Assembly: GCA_038237745.1 (NCBI GenBank)
Contig: JBBRYJ010000003.1
Location: 67,426-131,425 of the forward strand
DNA from: Propionibacteriales bacterium
Lineage (GTDB): Bacteria; Actinomycetota; Actinomycetes; Propionibacteriales; Nocardioidaceae
DNA: 64,000 nt
Direction: 5' to 3'
Part shown: in pieces, positions 19,552 through 29,614 of the stretch
Layout of the letters: each line of letters opens with the position of its first letter
Position numbering within the stretch: the stretch's first letter is position 1
The notes under the pieces: model-generated
What the model saw: only the letters and a program-made list of their open reading frames with translations
What the model was told of the DNA's origin: nothing
The model's database searches: none
Made by a program: the position numbers and the translations under genes

Positions 19552-20637
19552 ATGTCACAGGTCGTACAGGGAGTCATCGCAAGGGCCAGGGGGGAGGCGG
19601 TCGAGCTGACCAGCGTCGTCGTGCCGGACCCCGGACCAGGGGAGGCGGTCGTCGCGGTCCAGGCCTGCGGGGTCTGCCATACCGACCTGCACTACCGCGA
19701 GGGCGGCATCGGCGACGACTTCCCTTACCTACTCGGACATGAAGCCGCCGGTGTCGTGGAGTCGGTCGGGGCGGATGTCGACGAGATCGCCGAGGGCGAC
19801 TTCGTCATCCTGAACTGGCGGGCGGTCTGCGGGCAGTGCCGGGCCTGTCGCCGCGGGCGCCCTTGGTACTGCTTCAACACGTTCAACGCAACACAGCGGA
19901 TGACACTCGAGGACGGTACCGAGCTGTCGCCCGCACTCGGAATCGGGGCTTTCGCCGACAAGACGCTCGTGCATGCCGGTCAGTGCACCAAGGTCGATCC
20001 CTCGGCGCCGGCCGCGGCCGCTGGACTGTTGGGCTGCGGCGTCATGGCAGGCCTCGGTGCGGCGATCAACACGGGGGGTGTCGGACGTGGTGACTCGGTG
20101 GCCGTGATCGGCTGCGGTGGCGTCGGTGCGGCAGCCATCGCCGGCTCCAGCCTGGCCGGCGCCGCCAGGATCATCGCCGTCGACATCGACCCCCGCAAGC
20201 TCGCCAAGGCCGGCGAGTTGGGTGCTACCGATGTGGTGGACGGGTCTGCGGAGGACGTCGTCGAGGCGATCCGGGCGTTGACGGATGGGTTCGGCGCCGA
20301 CGTCGTGATCGATGCCGTCGGTCGGCCGGAGACCTGGAAGCAGGCGTTCTACGGCCGAGACCTGGCAGGGACGGTCGTGCTGGTCGGGGTACCCACCCCC
20401 GAGATGTCCCTCGAGATGCCACTCCTGGACATCTTCGGACGCGGTGGCTCGCTGAAGTCCTCCTGGTACGGCGACTGCCTGCCCTCCAGGGACTTCCCGA
20501 TGCTCGTCGACCTCTACCAACAGGGACGGCTACCGCTCGATGCCTTCGTGACGCAGACGATCGGCATCGCAGACGTGGAGGCGGCCTTCGACACGATGAA
20601 CGGCGGGGCCGTCCTGCGTTCGGTGGTGGTGTGGTGA
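19552..20637 (+). CDS. mscR: Zn-dependent class III alcohol dehydrogenase, S-(hydroxymethyl)mycothiol dehydrogenase-like
   Basis: Contains the zinc motif GVCHTDLHY...[12 protein letters not shown] and the NAD fold GCGGVG. Confidence 0.85.
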   Translation: MSQVVQGVIARARGEAVELTSVVVPDPGPGEAVVAVQACGVCHTDLHYREGGIGDDFPYLLGHEAAGVVESVGADVDEIAEGDFVILNWRAVCGQCRACRRGRPWYCFNTFNATQRMTLEDGTELSPALGIGAFADKTLVHAGQCTKVDPSAPAAAAGLLGCGVMAGLGAAINTGGVGRGDSVAVIGCGGVGAAAIAGSSLAGAARIIAVDIDPRKLAKAGELGATDVVDGSAEDVVEAIRALTDGFGADVVIDAVGRPETWKQAFYGRDLAGTVVLVGVPTPEMSLEMPLLDIFGRGGSLKSSWYGDCLPSRDFPMLVDLYQQGRLPLDAFVTQTIGIADVEAAFDTMNGGAVLRSVVVW

Positions 20638-21239
20638 ACAGCACCCTTCGTATCGACCATGGTGTCACGAGCGGGACGTTCTCCCTCGACGGAGAGACGT
20701 TCGACGTGGAGAACAACGTCTGGGTCGTGGGAGATGACGACGAGTGCGTGGTGATCGACGCGCCGCACAACGTCGCCGCCATCCTCGACGTGGTCGGTGG
20801 CAGGCGCGTAGTGGCCATCGTCTGTACGCATGCCCACGACGACCATGTGCGGGTTGCCCCTGAGCTGGCCGCCGAGGTCGATGCGCCGGTTCTCCTTCAT
20901 CCCGACGACTCACCGCTGTGGCGGCTCACTCATCCCGACGTAGCACCAGACGGTTCGCTGGTGGACGGAAGGCGGGTGGCCGTGGGCGACGCGGGGCTCG
21001 AGGTGCTGCACACGCCTGGCCATGCGCCGGGAGCCGTCTGTCTTCACTGTCCGGAGCTAGGCGTCGTCTTCACCGGCGACACCCTTTTCCAGGGCGGCCC
21101 GGGGGCCACGGGCAGGAGCTACTCCGACTACGAGACCCTCGTCGACAGCATCAGGTCGAAGCTGTTCGTACTGCCGCGCGACACGGTCGTTCACACCGGC
21201 CACGGGGCTTCGACCACCATCGGCGCCGAGCTGTTCTGA
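20631..21239 (+). CDS. MBL-fold metallo-hydrolase
   Basis: Contains the HAHDDH metal motif. Its GTG start overlaps the mscR stop by 7 nt. Confidence 0.8.
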   Translation: MVNSTLRIDHGVTSGTFSLDGETFDVENNVWVVGDDDECVVIDAPHNVAAILDVVGGRRVVAIVCTHAHDDHVRVAPELAAEVDAPVLLHPDDSPLWRLTHPDVAPDGSLVDGRRVAVGDAGLEVLHTPGHAPGAVCLHCPELGVVFTGDTLFQGGPGATGRSYSDYETLVDSIRSKLFVLPRDTVVHTGHGASTTIGAELF

Positions 21240-21243
21240 CCTG

Positions 21244-21816
21244 TCAGTTCTTCAGGCCGCAGACCGTCTTCGCGTTCTGCGTGATGTTCTTGGCGGCGTC
21301 AGCGAAGGTGGTGTCGGCGGAGAACTGCTGGAGCTGCTTGCCCAGCTTCTGGAGCTGAGTCACCGTGACTCCCTGCGGGACCTGCCCGGAGCTCAGGGCC
21401 TGAAGGTCGTCGAAGGTGAGCCCAGCGTCCGCGAGGATCTGACGGACGTGATCGAGGCTCGAGGTCAAGCCGCTCCAGTCGTCCTGCACATCGGGAGGAG
21501 CGGCTTGTCCCAGCGTGTCGAACTCGTCGCGAAGCTTCTGGAACTGGTCCTCGCTGAGATGTTGGAAGTCGATGGTCTTGAACTCGGCCTTGGCCGTCTT
21601 CAGCTCCGTGCAGTAGGCCGAGCCCACGGCTCCGGTGCTGTCGCCTCCCGATGTCGACGGCGCATCCGAGGACGATGTGTCGGACGTCGGAGCCTGGACT
21701 GCCGACGTGTCGCTCGAGCCGGCCGTCGTATCGCTGCCGGCCGTATCGCTCGAGCCACCGCACGCTGTCAGCGACGCGGCCAACAGGGCGACGGTAGCGA
21801 ACGCAACTCTTCTCAT
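21244..21816 (-). CDS. Hypothetical lipoprotein
   Basis: ORF trimmed to ATG 21816. It has a signal peptide plus lipobox (LAASLTAC), then a Ser/Thr/Asp-rich linker, then a helical domain. Confidence 0.6.
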   Translation of the reverse strand: MRRVAFATVALLAASLTACGGSSDTAGSDTTAGSSDTSAVQAPTSDTSSSDAPSTSGGDSTGAVGSAYCTELKTAKAEFKTIDFQHLSEDQFQKLRDEFDTLGQAAPPDVQDDWSGLTSSLDHVRQILADAGLTFDDLQALSSGQVPQGVTVTQLQKLGKQLQQFSADTTFADAAKNITQNAKTVCGLKN

Positions 21817-22018
21817 GTCGTCCCGACTCTCCAGTCTCCGAGTCGACACGATGCCGACGTCTGCCGAAAACCCTCTCATACGTGCGGGGAGGACGTGACC
21901 GTTATGCCAGCCCCCCGACCTTCGGTGCCCCGTCACCGACGTGGGAGGACTGCGCCGGCGCGAGCGACTACGCTGGGCCAGCCGGCGGGCGGCAGTCGCC
22001 AGCCGCAGCCCGACGCTC

Positions 22019-23953
22019 ATGATGTGTCGAGACGCACAGGTGGTGGTGGGATCAGTGCGGCGTGCTCAGGTGGCTCTCGTCGTGGCTCTGCTCGCCTTCG
22101 TGATGGCCGCGTGCACCGGCGGGTCAGGGGACCCCGGTCCCACGGACGCACCTGACAACGCCGGTGGTGCCGTCATCTCGCGCTTCGCCGAAGCCTGGCC
22201 CGACGCCTCCGTGACGAGCTTCCGAAACATCGTCGACAGGCCCGGGGCTGCCGCCGACGACATCGCCGCACATGTCGGGGCGCTCGGGATCACCCGGACC
22301 CAGGTCACCCTGGTCGACGACCTGAGCTGTTCCAGCGACTCCTGTCGGCAGCACGCACGGGTCACACACCAGCTCGCGGGTGTCGGCACGTGGTCCTACG
22401 AGACTCTTATCGAGTCCGCGCTGAAGCGGGGCCACTGGATGGTGCAGTGGTCACCAGGCACGTTCAACCCCGATCTCACTGAAGTCACGACCCTGGTGAG
22501 GCACCGCACCCTTCCACCGCGCGCTCCGATACTCGACCGCAACGGAGTTGCTCTCACTCCGGAGCGTGCGATCGTGCGGGTCGGCGTACAGCCCGCGAGG
22601 GTGCATCCGGCGACGTACCAGGGACTCGCCGAGCTTCTCGACATCGACACCGCCGCCCTCCAGGACCGGGTGAAGTCCGCACAGCCGTCGGCATTCGTCC
22701 CCGTGATCGACCTGCGGCGCCGGGACTACCACCCGCTGAGGGAGCGCATTCTCCAGGTGCCTGGGATCGTGATCGACACCGCGAGGCGCGCCCTCGCGCC
22801 CTCGTCGGAGTGGGGAAGGGCCATTCTCGGCTCAGTCGCTCCGGCTACCGCCGACACCCTCGAGAACGCAGGGCACAAGGCCCTGTCGTCGGACGAGGTC
22901 GGGTCGAGCGGGCTTCAGTTCGCATACCAGCGCACGCTTGCCGGCAGGCCGGGAGGCACCATCGACCTCGTGGAGAAGGCGAGCGGTGACGTGCTCAACC
23001 ATGTGCTGTCGCGTCGACCGGAGCGGGGCCAGCCCCTGTCGACGACACTCGACCTGAAGGCACAGAACGCCGCGGAGCAGGCGGTGTCGCAGGCGACCGA
23101 CACGACCGCAGCCGTCGTGGTCAAGGCGAGCACCGGGGAGATCCTGGCCGCGGCCAACGCACCCGGCCCGACGTCGTACAACACCGCGTTCGTCGGACAC
23201 TACGCTCCCGGGTCCACGTTCAAGGTCGTCAGCGCCGGCTCGCTTCTCTCGCACGCAGTCGTCACCCCGGAGACCCCAGTGGCCTGTCCCGACACCACGG
23301 TGGTCGACGGCAAGCAGTTCAAGAATTACGACACCGGGATAGCCGGGCCCGATCCCTCATTCGCCGAAGCCTTCGCCGCCTCGTGCAACACCACGATGGT
23401 CAGCTTCGCCGACGACCTCCGCGGGACGGATCTCGCGACGACTGCGTCCCAGTTCGGCCTCGGCGCCGAGTGGGACGTCGGACTCGACTCCTTCAGCGGT
23501 TCAGTGCCGGCCGACGCCGACATCGTGACCCGGGCCGCCGACATGATCGGCCAGGGAAGGGTCGAGGCCAGCCCGCTGGCGATGGCCATGGTGGCGGCGG
23601 CGGTCGACTCCGGAGTCTCACGCACGCCGACCCTGCTTCCCGATCTGCTGCCGGGCCGGCGGCTCACCGAGCTCGACGCGACCGTCGACTCCGACCTTCA
23701 GAGCATGATGCGGCTGGTCGTGACGGACGGCACCGGCACCTCGGTCGACCTCCCCGGTGCGCCGGTCTACGCCAAGACGGGTACTGCCGAGTACCAGGAC
23801 GGGAAGCAGATCGGTACCAACGCCTGGATGATCGGCTACCGCGGCGATATCGCCTTCGCGGTGCTCGTCGCAAACGGCTCGTCCGGTGCCCACGACGCCG
23901 CGCCGATCGTCAACGCTCTGCTCACCGGGCTTCCCGCCCGGCTCTACGGCTGA
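22019..23953 (+). CDS. Class B-like penicillin-binding transpeptidase lipoprotein (PBP-lipo-like, NTF2/MecA_N-type N-domain)
   Basis: Lipobox FVMAAC. Transpeptidase motifs STFK, SCN and KTG (AKTGTAE). The start is approximate (ATG 22019/22022 or a downstream GTG). Confidence 0.85.
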   Translation: MMCRDAQVVVGSVRRAQVALVVALLAFVMAACTGGSGDPGPTDAPDNAGGAVISRFAEAWPDASVTSFRNIVDRPGAAADDIAAHVGALGITRTQVTLVDDLSCSSDSCRQHARVTHQLAGVGTWSYETLIESALKRGHWMVQWSPGTFNPDLTEVTTLVRHRTLPPRAPILDRNGVALTPERAIVRVGVQPARVHPATYQGLAELLDIDTAALQDRVKSAQPSAFVPVIDLRRRDYHPLRERILQVPGIVIDTARRALAPSSEWGRAILGSVAPATADTLENAGHKALSSDEVGSSGLQFAYQRTLAGRPGGTIDLVEKASGDVLNHVLSRRPERGQPLSTTLDLKAQNAAEQAVSQATDTTAAVVVKASTGEILAAANAPGPTSYNTAFVGHYAPGSTFKVVSAGSLLSHAVVTPETPVACPDTTVVDGKQFKNYDTGIAGPDPSFAEAFAASCNTTMVSFADDLRGTDLATTASQFGLGAEWDVGLDSFSGSVPADADIVTRAADMIGQGRVEASPLAMAMVAAAVDSGVSRTPTLLPDLLPGRRLTELDATVDSDLQSMMRLVVTDGTGTSVDLPGAPVYAKTGTAEYQDGKQIGTNAWMIGYRGDIAFAVLVANGSSGAHDAAPIVNALLTGLPARLYG

Positions 23954-24645
23954 ACCAGCCAACCGGTGTGAGGGAACCAGCGCCCGCAGGCGCCTCGGAA
24001 GCGAGACGGCTCCCAGCACCCGACCCCGGCCGGGATCTCCCCTAGCAGCGGTAGCCCGGTGACACGGCGAAGCTCGTCACGGTTGCACTCCTCGGCCAGC
24101 CCGAGAGCATCGGGTACCGCGCCGAGTACGAGTCCAGCCGGGTCCAGGCCGGCATCCCGTACCGCTCCGACCGTGAGCTCCGTGTGGTTGAGCGTGCCGA
24201 GCGCCAGGCGCGTCACAACGACGACACGGACTATGGCTCCGCTTCGGGCCAGAACCGAACCGAGGCCGAGGACGGTGCCGCCTCTGGTGTCGAGCCGCAC
24301 GGCCACGCCTCCCGCTCCCTCGACGAGGAGCAGGTCGCAGCCGGTCGCTGCGGACAGGCACCGCTCTGCCAGCTCGCTCACGGTCGGCGTGACGAGGCCT
24401 CGCCTGCGAGCGGCGGTGTCAGGTGCCAGCGGATCCTCGAGCCGGACGAGCTCGGTGACGAGGGCGCACCCACCGAGTGCTGCGACGACCTCGATGTCGC
24501 TCTGCTCCGCCGACGATGCCCCCGTCTGAGTCGGTTTGACGACCGCGACCCGGAGGCCAGCGTCGAGCGCGATGCGACTGAGCGCGGTTGTCGTGATGGT
24601 CTTCCCGACACCGGTGTCCGTCCCCGTGACGAGCACGACCTTCAC
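23944..24645 (-). CDS. bioD: Dethiobiotin synthetase
   Basis: ORF trimmed to GTG 24645 (VKVVLVTGTDTGVGKT P-loop). Lies immediately downstream of bioA. Confidence 0.85.
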   Translation of the reverse strand: MKVVLVTGTDTGVGKTITTTALSRIALDAGLRVAVVKPTQTGASSAEQSDIEVVAALGGCALVTELVRLEDPLAPDTAARRRGLVTPTVSELAERCLSAATGCDLLLVEGAGGVAVRLDTRGGTVLGLGSVLARSGAIVRVVVVTRLALGTLNHTELTVGAVRDAGLDPAGLVLGAVPDALGLAEECNRDELRRVTGLPLLGEIPAGVGCWEPSRFRGACGRWFPHTGWLVQP

Positions 24646-24665
24646 CGCGTGCCGGCCCTCGAAGG

Positions 24666-25982
24666 TCACGCCACCGCTGCGGCGGCTGCCAAGGCCTCGC
24701 AGATGGCGGCAATGTCGGCGTCGGAGGTGACGTACGGCGGCATCGTGTAGACGAGGTCCCGGAAGGGGCGCACCCAGACGCCATGCTCGGCTGCCGCGCG
24801 GGTCGCCGCCGGTACGTCGACCTGGTGGTCGAGCTGGACGACCCCTACCGCCCCCAGAACCCGGACGTCGAGGACGCGGTCCGCTGCTCGCAGCGGCTCC
24901 AGACCCGCTGTCAGCGAGCCCTCTATCCGATGCACGTCGCGTTGCCAGGTCCCCTGTCGAAGCAGGCGCAGGCTGGCCGACCCGACGGCACAGGCCAGCG
25001 GGTTCGCCATGTAGGTCGGTCCGTGCATGAGTACCCCTGGGTCGCTGGCCTCGAGGCCAGCTGCCACCTCGCCGGTGCAGAGAGTTGCGGCAAGGGTCAG
25101 ATAGCCGCCGGTGAGAGCTTTGCCGACGCACATGACGTCTGGTGACACCGCGGCACGCTCAGAGGCGAAGAGCGTGCCCGTGCGGCCGAACCCGGTGGCG
25201 ATCTCGTCGAAGACGAGTACGAGGTCGTGCTGGTCGGCGATCGACCGGAGCACCTGAAGGCACTCCGGAGGGTAGACGTGCATCCCTCCCGCCCCCTGGA
25301 GGACGGGCTCGCAGATCACCGCAGCAAGATCGGCGGCGTGCCGCGCGGCGAGGGTCCGCACCTGTCGCTCCCAGGAGCCGATGTCGGACTCCAGCCCGGA
25401 CGGCGGGCGCGGGGCGAAGAGCTGCTCGGGGATGACGTCGACGAACATCGCATGCATACCGCCGACAGGGTCGCAGACACTCATGGCCCCCAGGGTGTCC
25501 CCGTGGTACCCCCCCCGAAGGCTGAGAGTCCGCGTCTTTCGAGGACGCCCACGGCCACGCTGGTACTGCACGGCCATCTTGAGTGCCACCTCGACTGCGA
25601 CGGAACCCGAGTCGGCGAAGAAGACCCGGTCCAGCGGCGCCGGCGTCATGTCGACTAGAGCACTCGCCAGCTCGATGGCCGGCCGATGGGTCAGGCCGCC
25701 GAACATGACGTGGCTCATGGAGGCGCTCTGCCGGCGGAGCGCCTCGTCGAGCTCCGGGTGCCTGTACCCGTGGATCGCGCACCACCATGACGACATCGCG
25801 TCGATAAGCACGCGTCCGTCAGCCGTGGTGAGGCGGACGCCCTCGGCGGAGTCGACCAGCGTGACCGCCGCCGGAGCAGACATCGAGGTGTACGGATGCC
25901 ATACGTGCGTGCGGTCGAAGGCGAGCAGCGACTCGGCGGAGACGGGCAGACCTTGCGTCGGGTGGGCAGCTGTGTCGGGCAC
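24666..25982 (-). CDS. bioA: Adenosylmethionine-8-amino-7-oxononanoate aminotransferase
   Basis: 438-aa class III aminotransferase ([27 protein letters not shown]). Synteny with bioD. Confidence 0.9.
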   Translation of the reverse strand: MPDTAAHPTQGLPVSAESLLAFDRTHVWHPYTSMSAPAAVTLVDSAEGVRLTTADGRVLIDAMSSWWCAIHGYRHPELDEALRRQSASMSHVMFGGLTHRPAIELASALVDMTPAPLDRVFFADSGSVAVEVALKMAVQYQRGRGRPRKTRTLSLRGGYHGDTLGAMSVCDPVGGMHAMFVDVIPEQLFAPRPPSGLESDIGSWERQVRTLAARHAADLAAVICEPVLQGAGGMHVYPPECLQVLRSIADQHDLVLVFDEIATGFGRTGTLFASERAAVSPDVMCVGKALTGGYLTLAATLCTGEVAAGLEASDPGVLMHGPTYMANPLACAVGSASLRLLRQGTWQRDVHRIEGSLTAGLEPLRAADRVLDVRVLGAVGVVQLDHQVDVPAATRAAAEHGVWVRPFRDLVYTMPPYVTSDADIAAICEALAAAAAVA

Positions 25983-26104
25983 TGTACGGCGAGGCTACCG
26001 CTCGCGGGGCCGCCGCGTGCTTGCACAACCACCCGCGGCGCAGCGAGTACCGGCACTCGGCGGGGCAGGCTCCGGGCACATCGCCAGGGGATAGATTGGC
26101 GGCC

Positions 26105-27109
26105 GTGACAGAGCCACTGGGCATCCTCGAGCTCGCGCGCACCAAGGTCCTCGACGAAGGTTCCGGGCTGGACGAGCAGCAGCTGGTCCGGATCCTGCGG
26201 CTGCCGGACTCCGACCTGCCGGCCCTCCTCGCCCTCGCGCATGACGTGCGGATCGCGTGGTGTGGCCCCGAGGTGGAGGTCGAGGGCATCGTGTCCGTCA
26301 AGACGGGGGGCTGTCCGGAGGACTGCCACTTCTGCTCGCAGTCTGGAAGGTTCGACTCACCGGTGCGCGCCGTATGGCTCGACATCCCGGCACTGGTCGA
26401 GGCGGCCCGGCAGACGGCAGCCACCGGAGCCACGGAGTTCTGTATCGTCGCCGCCGTCCGTGGCCCCGACGATCGGCTGCTCGACCAGGTCGAGGCGGGT
26501 GTTCGGGCTGTCCGGGCGGAGGTCGACATCAACATCGCGTGCTCGCTCGGCATGCTCACGCCCGAGCAGGTCGACCGGCTCGTCGCGATGGGCGTCCACC
26601 GGTACAACCACAACCTCGAGACGGCGAAGAGCTACTTCGGCCGCGTCGTCACCACACACTCGTTCGAGGAGCGTTGGATCACGTGCGAGCTGGTCCGCGA
26701 GTCAGGTATGGAGCTGTGCTGCGGAGGCCTGGTCGGCATGGGGGAGTCCCTGGAGCAGCGGGCGGAGCTGGCCGCCCAGCTCGCCGCCCTCAACCCCCAC
26801 GAGGTGCCGCTCAACTTCCTGAACCCGCGCCCCGGCACACCGTTCGGTGACATGCCTGTCATGGGTTCCGGCGACGCCTTGCGAACCGTCGCCGCCTTCC
26901 GGCTGGCCATGCCGAGGACGACCCTTCGCTACGCCGGCGGCCGGGAGATCACCCTCGGTGAGCTGGGCACCCGCGACGGCCTGCTCGGCGGCGTCAACGC
27001 GGTCATCGTGGGCAACTACCTGACGACCTTGGGACGCGACCCGGACGACGACCTCGCACTGCTCGCCGAGCTGCACATGCCGATCAAGGAGCTGTCCAAG
27101 TCGCTATGA
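26105..27109 (+). CDS. bioB: Biotin synthase (radical SAM)
   Basis: ORF trimmed to GTG 26105. Contains the [11 protein letters not shown] radical-SAM cluster motif. Divergent to bioA. Confidence 0.92.
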   Translation: MTEPLGILELARTKVLDEGSGLDEQQLVRILRLPDSDLPALLALAHDVRIAWCGPEVEVEGIVSVKTGGCPEDCHFCSQSGRFDSPVRAVWLDIPALVEAARQTAATGATEFCIVAAVRGPDDRLLDQVEAGVRAVRAEVDINIACSLGMLTPEQVDRLVAMGVHRYNHNLETAKSYFGRVVTTHSFEERWITCELVRESGMELCCGGLVGMGESLEQRAELAAQLAALNPHEVPLNFLNPRPGTPFGDMPVMGSGDALRTVAAFRLAMPRTTLRYAGGREITLGELGTRDGLLGGVNAVIVGNYLTTLGRDPDDDLALLAELHMPIKELSKSL

Positions 27110-27158
27110 CCCGCTGCGTGTCCGCGGTCCCGATCGGCCTCGGTCGGGCGGGACGACC

Positions 27159-27383
27159 GTGACATCGGCAGATGGTTCTGGGCTACCGACCTTTGTCACG
27201 GGGTACTGCGACCACTGCGGCGCTCTGCTCGGCGAATCAGCACACACAGGGTGCAGCACGCAGCGAGCGCTGGAACCGCCTCGCTACTGCGCAGCCTGCG
27301 GGCGCCGGCTCAAGGTCCAGGTCGTCCCCCGGGGATGGTCGGCTCGTTGCGTCGTACACGGCGTTACGACCGGACGCGGGTAA
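27159..27383 (+). CDS. bsaP: Small Cys-rich protein downstream of bioB, biotin synthase auxiliary protein-like
   Basis: 74 aa with CDHC...C...[27 protein letters not shown]. Position and motif resemble the actinobacterial BsaP (Rv1590-like) family. Confidence 0.65.
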   Translation: MTSADGSGLPTFVTGYCDHCGALLGESAHTGCSTQRALEPPRYCAACGRRLKVQVVPRGWSARCVVHGVTTGRG

Positions 27384-27403
27384 GGGTCGTGCCTAGCTGG
27401 TGC

Positions 27404-28846
27404 CTAGGGGTGGTGCCTGCCGGGGTTCGTGACCCGATGGGGCAGGGGCACCGCCTGCGCCGAGTCCGGGTTCCGGATCAGCAGCCACGAGACGGTACCG
27501 CCGGCGACCAGCAGGGCCACGCAGATCCACATAGCGGAGGTGTAGCCGGCGGAGAAGGTCGCCGGGCGGTCATAGTCGGCGCCTCGTAGCCCGACCACCG
27601 CCGGGAGGGCGGCGACTGCAAGCAGTGAGCCGGCGCGGGCGACCGCGTTGTTGATGCCGCTCGCGATCCCGGCATTGCGGTCGGGCGCCGCTGCGAGCAC
27701 GGTCGCTGTCAGCGGCGCCACCAGCAAGGCGAGACCGAGTGAGAAGACGGTCAGCCCCGGGAACACCTCAGCCCAGTAGGCCGCCTGCGGGCCGACGCCG
27801 GTGAGCAGTGCGATCCCGACGGCGCAGACGATCGGCCCGAGCGCCATCGGCAGGCGCGGCCCGATTCTGGCCGCCAGCTGACCGCCCCGGGACGCGAGGA
27901 ACAGCATGACGACAGTTATCGGCAGGGTGGCGATCCCGGCGGCGAGCGGGCCGTAGCCGGAGACGGTCTGGAGCTGGAGGACGAGAAAGAAGATGACACC
28001 GCCGAGCGCGGCGTAGACAAGCAGTGTCATCGCGTTGGCGGCGCTGAACTGCCGTGACAGGAACAGGCCGGTTGGCATCATGGGGTGCCGGGCCCGGCGT
28101 TCGGTGACGATGAACGCGACGCAGCTGGCGACCCCCACCAGGGCGCTCACCACGACGAGAGTCACGCTGATGTTGCCGAGCTCGATAAGCGCAAAGGTGA
28201 GACCGCCGAGCCCGAGTGCTCCGAGTCCCGCCCCGAGAAGGTCGAACCCGGGGACCGACTCGGGGTCTTTGGTCTCCGGGACGCTGCGGCGGGAGATGGC
28301 GATGGTGAGCACCGCGAGGGGTAGGTTGAGCAGGAACACCCAGCGCCAGGTCGCGTACTGCACAAGCCAGCCGCCGATGAACGGGCCGACCGCCGCGGCG
28401 ATGCCACCCAGGCCCGACCAGGAGCCGATGGCCCTGGCCCTGTCCTGCGGTGCGAACGCCCCCTGGATCATCGCGAGGCTCCCGGGAGTGAGCATCGCGG
28501 CGCCCACTCCCTGGATCACCCTGGCGGCGATCAGCTGCGATGGGTTCTGTGCCACGCCGCAGACGAGCGAGGCCAGCGCGAACCAGAGCACACCGATCTC
28601 GAAGATCCGCCGCCGCCCGAAACGGTCGCCGAGCGACCCTCCGACCAGGATCAGCGAGGCAAGTGCGAGCAGGTAGCCGTTGCTGATCCACTGGAGCTGG
28701 GCCAGGGTCGCGTCGAGGTCCTGGCCGATCTTGCGCAGCGCCACGTTGACCACAGTGCCGTCCAGCATCGCCATGCCGGATCCGAGGACGGCGGCCGCCA
28801 GTACGCCGCGCCCGGTGGGCGAGTCGAGTCGCACAGCCTCGGTCAT
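27404..28846 (-). CDS. MFS transporter, DHA2/EmrB-like (14 TM)
   Basis: ORF trimmed to ATG 28846. Contains MAMLDGTVVNVAL and the motif GSLGDRFGRRR. Confidence 0.85.
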   Translation of the reverse strand: MTEAVRLDSPTGRGVLAAAVLGSGMAMLDGTVVNVALRKIGQDLDATLAQLQWISNGYLLALASLILVGGSLGDRFGRRRIFEIGVLWFALASLVCGVAQNPSQLIAARVIQGVGAAMLTPGSLAMIQGAFAPQDRARAIGSWSGLGGIAAAVGPFIGGWLVQYATWRWVFLLNLPLAVLTIAISRRSVPETKDPESVPGFDLLGAGLGALGLGGLTFALIELGNISVTLVVVSALVGVASCVAFIVTERRARHPMMPTGLFLSRQFSAANAMTLLVYAALGGVIFFLVLQLQTVSGYGPLAAGIATLPITVVMLFLASRGGQLAARIGPRLPMALGPIVCAVGIALLTGVGPQAAYWAEVFPGLTVFSLGLALLVAPLTATVLAAAPDRNAGIASGINNAVARAGSLLAVAALPAVVGLRGADYDRPATFSAGYTSAMWICVALLVAGGTVSWLLIRNPDSAQAVPLPHRVTNPGRHHP

Positions 28847-29069
28847 GGTGGTCCTCTCGCCTGTCGCTCTGCCGCCTTCTCGGGCCGCAGCCTCTCGGCA
28901 GTCGCTAGCTCTGGCCCCGGTCTGCGGCGTGAACATCGGCTGAGGACGAGACATTCCGTTCGGCGTACCGGGCTAGCAGCCTCGGCGTAGTCAAGCAGTT
29001 CTGCTCCACCACACGTGCGGGCGGGACTACAGTGCGTCACAGAGTGTGACATTCGACGAGGAGCCAGCG

Positions 29070-29603
29070 ATGAGTATGCAGCGTGCGACCGTCGCTGTCA
29101 TGGTCGCCACGACGGCCCTGACCGGGTTCTTGTCAGCACCGTCTCTGGCACACGCGCCCACGGTGTCGCCGCCTTCGGTGCGCCGCGACGGCGCCCGGAT
29201 CGTCGACGTGATCGACGGTGACACCGTTCGCGTGCGCTTCAGCGGCCGCGAGGCGGTCGTGCGTCTGCTCGGAATAGATACGCCAGAGGTCTACGGGAGG
29301 ATCGAGTGCGGTGGACCGGCTGCGTCACGGTCAGCCAAGCGGCTGCTTGCTCCTGGCACCCGGGTGACGCTGGTATCGGATCCCAGCCAGGCCAACAAGG
29401 ACCGGTACCGTCGGTTGCTGCGGTATGTCGAAAGGCGCGGCACCGACATCAACCGGGCGCAGGTGCGCCGAGGATGGGCCGCGGTGTACGTCTACGACAA
29501 CGTTCCTTTCCGCCGGACTCACGACTACCGTGTCTCTCAGCAAAGAGCCCGCCGCCACGACCGAGGCGTGTGGGGGCGCTGCGACGGCAACTTCCACAGG
29601 TGA
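29070..29603 (+). CDS. Secreted thermonuclease (SNase-like) family protein
   Basis: GAGGAG RBS and ATG 29070. Signal peptide ending ...SLAHA. Motifs VIDGDTVRV and LLGIDTPE. Confidence 0.8.
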   Translation: MSMQRATVAVMVATTALTGFLSAPSLAHAPTVSPPSVRRDGARIVDVIDGDTVRVRFSGREAVVRLLGIDTPEVYGRIECGGPAASRSAKRLLAPGTRVTLVSDPSQANKDRYRRLLRYVERRGTDINRAQVRRGWAAVYVYDNVPFRRTHDYRVSQQRARRHDRGVWGRCDGNFHR

Positions 29604-29614
29604 CGAGGCGTGGC

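Noticed and set aside
25983-26104. BioQ/BirA-type operator in the bioA/bioB divergent promoter
   Set aside because: No TGAAC-N3-GTTCA-like or other strong palindrome is visible.
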